Below, piece after piece: positions 58,651 to 64,000 of a stretch of DNA of 64,000 nucleotides (its first letter is position 1; each line of letters starts with the position of its first letter). Source of the DNA: Callorhinchus milii (Eukaryota); the NCBI RefSeq assembly GCF_018977255.1, contig NW_024704742.1, forward strand, positions 55,430,001-55,494,000, in the 5' to 3' direction. The notes beneath the pieces were generated by a model, which ran no database searches, was not told the DNA's origin, and was given only the letters and a program-made list of their open reading frames with translations. A program made the position numbers and the translations under genes.

Positions 58651-59642
58651 CAGGAAATAATAAAAAATAATAATCTTTGCATTTGATATAATGTTTTGCA
58701 TACCAGAAGGGCATCTCAAAGTGCTTGACAAGATTTACTGTAAAGTGCAGTGATTACTATTTTGTTGGGCAAAAATATACCCTGAAGTCTTCAAGTATTA
58801 GGTAGTCAGGTAAGAAAGGACACACTCCAGGAAAAGGGAAATTTCCATATGTAGGTGGCATGCATATTTTAGAACTTCAGTCTGGTTTGGATCATGCTAA
58901 TCCTCCAGCCTTGCCTTCAGCAAGGCCAAGTGGCTCAGAAACATCTGCTAAAACCTCCAGTGACAATAATATTCCATTGATTGCCTGGTAGGAGGCCTGC
59001 AAGCCAAAGTTGTGGCCTGGAGTAAAATGTCTGACCATAAAGCTTGCCTCGGAACTAACAAACTATATGAGGTATTTGGCAGGCAGATATGACCTCCAGT
59101 GGAGAAGAAGGATGCAAAATTTAAAGATTTTAGTCAGGGGAGGTCCAATTTCTACTTCCACTTTTTTATTTCTACTTTTTTTTTATTTCTACTTCTCATG
59201 GGCAGCTCTGGAATTTTAAACATTATTAAATTTTGAGTCATTGCGAACAGGATTTCCAGTTCCAGTTAGAAAAATAAAACTTCACCCAGGGCAACGCTTC
59301 AGAGTGCTTATGTACAGCACAGAAACAGGCCATTTGGTCCAACCAGTCTGTTTCAGACTTTATACTCTACATGAGTATATTAAACTTTTTAATCTAGACC
59401 CCTTGTCGTGCTGTGAGACTTCCATCTTTCAGTCTAGAAGTAGTCACTATAACCATTAGATATCGTTGTGATTCACCTGGTGTTTTGTACAATCTGTTTG
59501 ACCTCCTCTGATCTCCTTTGTCAAAGTACTTGAATTATTTATATTTGCACAGACATTTATAAAAACAAAATGACAGAAATGATTATTTCATTTCATATCT
59601 TCGAGTAGCATATTTTTGTAACTATAGATATGTAGAGTATCT

Positions 59643-59962
59643 GTGGAGTCCTGTAGCTAAGTAGTTCGAGCACTCACCTTGCAAGCAAGTCACTAGGCTC
59701 AATTCCAGGCAGGGCAAAACCTTGGGCAAGTTTCCTTACTTCACATGCCTAATAATAATCCCTCCAAAACCAAAAGCAATAATAATAAATTGGTCATTTT
59801 CAATCCACGACAGTTTGTGGGACATTGCTGTGTGCAATTCGTTGCCGCATTTCACCCACAAGTATACAGTCAATTCACTTTACAGTATAATCTGTGAAGC
59901 GCTTTGAGATGTCTAGAAGATGTGAAAAGTGCTATATCAAATGCAAGGATCATTATTATATT
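59643..59962 (+). mobile_element. tRNA-Ala SINE short form, full length
   Basis: gtggagtcctgtagctaagtagttcgagc...gagatgtctagaagatgtgaaaagtgctatatcaaatgcaagg. Confidence 0.95.
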
Positions 59963-60469
59963 ATGTAGCACAGCAGTAGAAAAAAGAAAATTGTGAATAT
60001 TGGGAGGAAGTCAATTTTACAGTATTTTTAAATAAGGAATCCTGCTAAAATTTAAATCGATCCACAGAAACTCTGCTCCTGAGTAGATCTCATCCCAGTT
60101 TTCGGGAGGGATCCTCATGTGTGCAACTCAGATTTATTTTTAATATATATTTCAAATGTGAGAACATAATAGAAATATATGTCTCTTTTTATGTATTTGG
60201 TTTGCTTTTGGCCAGAGACTATCAGTTGTTTTCTCTCTCAGACAATAAAGCAAATGGTTACCCATCTGTTCCCTTAATTTACTTATTTACATAAGCTTGC
60301 ATGACATTTTACAATGGACATGTGATCAGGAATTCTCAGACTGTTATGCTAGACATCAAACTCGGCTCGCTCAGTTGATACAAGCCTGAGATTCAGAATC
60401 TCAGGTTCTGGTGTGAGCCCCAGGTTGGATGATTTATTTTAGAATAAAACTTGCCAAGGATGAAGCTGA

Positions 60470-60650
60470 AAGAAATCTAGTGCTGTTAAGTCACTCTTCG
60501 CTCACTATGTCAAGACAGTATGAGGGCAGCAATAAACAAGGCAAACAGGATGCTGGGCTATATCACTAAATCAGCTAGGTTTAGATCCCCAGATGTCATA
60601 CTCAGGCTGTACAACGCGCTGGTTAAACCGCACCTTGAGTATTCCATAGA
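60470..60650 (+). mobile_element. CR1 ORF2 fragment
   Basis: RAAINKANRMLGYI..RSPDVILRLYNALVKPHLEY. Confidence 0.85.
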
Positions 60651-61649
60651 GTTGGTTATCATGATATTAGGAGGATGCCCAGCTTGGACAGTGGGTGGCG
60701 AGGGCTAGAGGGGACTCAGCTCCGCACACACACAAATCTATCCTCTGCTCACCTCTCTAAGGGGAGCGGGGATGGGAAAACCCTGAGGAGAACCACAGCC
60801 AGTCCTCCAATCAAACCCATGGTACCCTTGGATGCCCTCTACTAACTAGTTGTTGGTGCCTTCCCACTTTCAATCTGCCAGGATGCTCATCAGAGTGGCC
60901 TCACCTCTGATTAGCTGATGGACCTGTCAGTCAAGCCAACAGTTTGCCTCATTTGAAGAGGCCCAGCCCTTTCATTGGGTTTTACTCAGCCTCCAACCAC
61001 CTGCCCAGGATATTTTTATCTGCCACCTATGCAGTACAGTGACAAGCAAATTACCCTTGCCAAGCTGCAGATCATGACATCAGAGGTCTGATTTGCAATA
61101 TATCAATTTTGTCCTTTTTTTNGGTTAAGTTAAGCTGATATGTTGCTAATGAGCTATGTCCACCAAGTCCAAAATTGGTTCACTGGCTTCCAGCTCAAAA
61201 ATTACAATGTAACGGTGTGTGTATGTGGGCGGGGTGGTGGAGGTGGGATTACACCCATGTCTAATCTTTTATTTCTCAAAAGTCTTTAGTTATCCACTGA
61301 CCTCTTTGGTTGCATTTATCAACAATTTGAAAATCTTTACATCACCAGGGTGCAGTTTCCATTTTTGCTTGGTCAACCTGGAGTCAGACTTGTGGAAGCC
61401 TAGCACCATTTATCTGACCAAACTACTGAAAACTATTATGGAAACTTCTGTTTGTTTGGAACAAAGTGTGTACTCTCAGGAGGGCTATAATAATAATACA
61501 TTTCATATAGTACCTTTGCTATATCATCAGAGAACATCTCAAAGCACTTCACAGGATATTCTAATAAAATATAATGACTGTATTTTGTGTGCAAACGGTG
61601 ATCACCTACTTTGACGTACGTTGATCATCTATCTAATCCCAGAAAGTAT

Positions 61650-61830
61650 TGGCAGTTTGGCAAGAGTCAAGGCTTGAGGATCCCAGCTGGAGTCCTCAAT
61701 CAGCTAAATTGCTCTTGTGAATACTGACTGACAAGCTTCCTGCTGCTTGTCCAGCTAGGACCACCCTGCCCGTTTAGCACTTTGGTATGTAGTGCTAACA
61801 GGAGCTGAGTGGGAGGAATCTCTGCTCTCA
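61650..61830 (+). repeat. Unclassified interspersed repeat, copy C
   Basis: ttggcaagagtcaaggcttgaggatcccag, ctgcttgtccagctaggaccaccct, aacaggagctgagtggga shared with A and B. Confidence 0.75.
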
Positions 61831-63097
61831 GCATACTCGCAATTGTCAAGCTTTTTTTTGATGGTGGATTGAATTGCTTCTTGTGAAATTTACCTTCTCT
61901 GTAAAAGTATTCTTTCTACGCATTAGCTCAACTGCTTTCTAGCAAGGCAAGGTGGGATTGGGTCCAACTAAAATTGTTGAGAGGAAATGGTTCACCTACA
62001 TTCTTGTTGAAAATCTTTTGTGCTGAGAGAAAATAGCTTTGCCACTGACTGCTGGGGAGCTAATAAACCAATACAGTCTTTAGAGCTGTCTGCTTATTGT
62101 ACCTCCCACAGTGATGAGAAATTTCACAGAACTGAGGTCTCTGGCAGGGCACATTTGTATGCTCAGACCACAATTAGGCCTTGGGGTTGTTATTATGATG
62201 ACCTTGCAAGAAAAGTTCAATCTAAATGGCAGATTCTTTCTTTCAGTCGATTTGTCTCGATGATTAAAACAACAATGGTTGCTTGTCATGAAAACCCTTT
62301 TCTATTTTGTTTTTCTTCATTTTCAGTTGGCGTGCAGGTAATCATGAGCCACTCAGTGTGTAGATTTGAACCATTGCCCTTGAAAGATCCTTAGCATGCC
62401 ATTACAATTTTAACAAATTAAGTTAATCCAGCAGCACAGTTTTTTTTAAAAAAACAAGCTGAGTACAATGTATAGGTCCTTGCTTGTGTCTTGATAGTTT
62501 ATGAATGCAAAAATATTTGTCACTGAACCAAAAATATGATATTTAATTCACAGACCATGAATGCTTTGAAGTTTAACTTAATTTGGCTTAAGTTTTGTTA
62601 GAGACATTAGTAAAAATTTATTGTTAAGAGTTGCGGATAAAACCAGTACTCAATTAATGATTGCTGAATAAAAAGTGCTGAGTTCAGATACAAGCAGATT
62701 AGAACTGCTGGCAGATCTGCACACACTGGTATTATGTGACAGATTCCCATGTATGAAATCTCTTGTTCTACTTGTCTTTGAATTGACAGTATGACAGCTC
62801 TTCTATCCAGTTGTTAGGATTTGCAAATCTGTAATTTTACCTAACAAAGAATACCCCTGATTGCTAGCAGAAAGCATTTCCAAACTTCCTGCAAATGATA
62901 TCTCTTTTCTGATTTATAGATGACACCTGTCTAACTCAATGTATTTTGGAAACATCTACATTTGCCTCCATTCATGGAGGTCTGTCAAACTGATTGTTAA
63001 TTAGGTAAAGAGTCAATGTGGCTGTTTTGGATAAAACCATTTGGGTTTGAACACCATACAAGTACTTGAACAAATTATCTATGCTTTGTGTCAGTCT

Positions 63098-63160
63098 GGC
63101 TCAGTTGGTAGCATTCTCTCCTCTAAAGTCAGAAGGTTGTGGATTCCAGCTCCACGTTGA
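63098..63160 (+). mobile_element. Deu-family SINE tRNA-like head
   Basis: ggctcagttggtagcattctctcctctaaagtcagaaggttgtggattccagctccac. Confidence 0.75.
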
Positions 63161-63235
63161 GATGTGGAACTCTATGCCAGTGTGGTCCAACAGAGAGTGA
63201 ACATTTCTGATGCCAGAGTCGTGCGGCTGATTGAT

Positions 63236-63355
63236 GGAGAGAGAAAGTGGGAGAGAGTTAGAGAGTGTTTGAGAGAGGGGGAGAGAGAGAGAGAAAAAGA
63301 GGTGGAGGGAGAGAATGATTGAGAGAGAGGGAGAGAGAGAGTGATGAAGAGAGAG
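63236..63355 (+). repeat. Degenerate (GA)n purine-rich microsatellite
   Basis: gagagagaaagtgggagagag...gagagagaga. Confidence 0.85.
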
Positions 63356-63920
63356 TAGCATTGGCAGCATCACCATCCAAGGATGCACACTCCACTTCAC
63401 TGAACCAGTCTGGAACCTTGGCATCTTGTTTGACCCTCAACTGTTCTTTCTTTCCCATATCAGTGCCATGACCTGCTCTGCCTTCCCCGACCTCCGCAAC
63501 ATTCCCTGGCTCCGCCACTGCCTTTCCCCTCAGGCCGCTGAAACTCTCATCCACACATTTATTACATCTAAGCTTGACTATGCCAACTCCCTGCTTGTCA
63601 GCCTCCCCAACTCTTCCCTCCGCAAGCTGCAGATCATCAGAACCTTGCAGCTCATGTCCTCTCCCGCACCAACTCCATGATTCCCTCTACCCTCACCCGG
63701 CTCCACTGGCTCCCCATCCCCAGAGGATAGAGTTCAAAATCCTTCTCCTTGCCTTCAAAACCCTCCATGGTCTTACCCCCTGCTGATCCTATATCAACCT
63801 GTCCGCTCTCTCCACTCAGTAGGCTCCGGCCTGCTCCATGTGTCCCGCCAGGCCAGCCCCACCATTGGCAATCGGGCCTTCAGCCTCTCTGCCCTCACCC
63901 TTTGGAACTCTACCCCAAAC
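63356..63920 (+). mobile_element. L2 ORF2 C-terminal fragment
   Basis: FDPQLFFLSHI..AAETLIHTFITSKLDYANSLL..RIEFKILLLAFK..LWNS. Confidence 0.95.
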
Positions 63921-64000
63921 ACCAGCTTGCTTCATATCCCCCCCCCCCCACCCCCGCCACTTTATCTGCCCCACCATCGCAATTTGCCACCACTCTCTGG

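Noticed and set aside
62020..62394. 124-aa ORF
   Set aside because: Non-ATG start, no recognisable motif, and it reads through a polypyrimidine tract

Overview
Vertebrate, AT-rich, repeat-dominated DNA, either intergenic or a large intron. The repeat mix suggests a cartilaginous fish, probably a chimaera (inference, not proven): abundant L2 LINEs ending in (TTG)n, CR1 LINEs, Deu-domain SINEs and a young tRNA-Ala-headed SINE ending in (ATT)n. I find no intact protein-coding gene, true tRNA/rRNA gene or CRISPR array. The recognisable ORFs in the supplied track are frameshifted L2, CR1, L1 or Tigger pieces or SINE read-throughs; the rest are unrecognised short ORFs. The window holds 5'-truncated L2 copies, CR1 fragments, very old L1 ORF2 relics, a decayed pogo/Tigger relic, two hAT-like MITEs and two SINE families that share an L2-type 3' stem-loop. 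The most notable observations are: (1) a modular tRNA-Ala SINE with long and short forms whose 3' stem-loop covaries with, and sometimes copies, the L2 tail; (2) three near-perfect fold-back hairpins made inside old TEs; (3) an unclassified ~0.3-0.5 kb repeat present about five times; (4) a CpG-rich CCAAT/TATA/donor block and an 11-nt microexon-like site that may mark a plus-strand transcript; (5) weak exon-like pieces near the left end. All calls are by eye, and boundaries of old elements are approximate.
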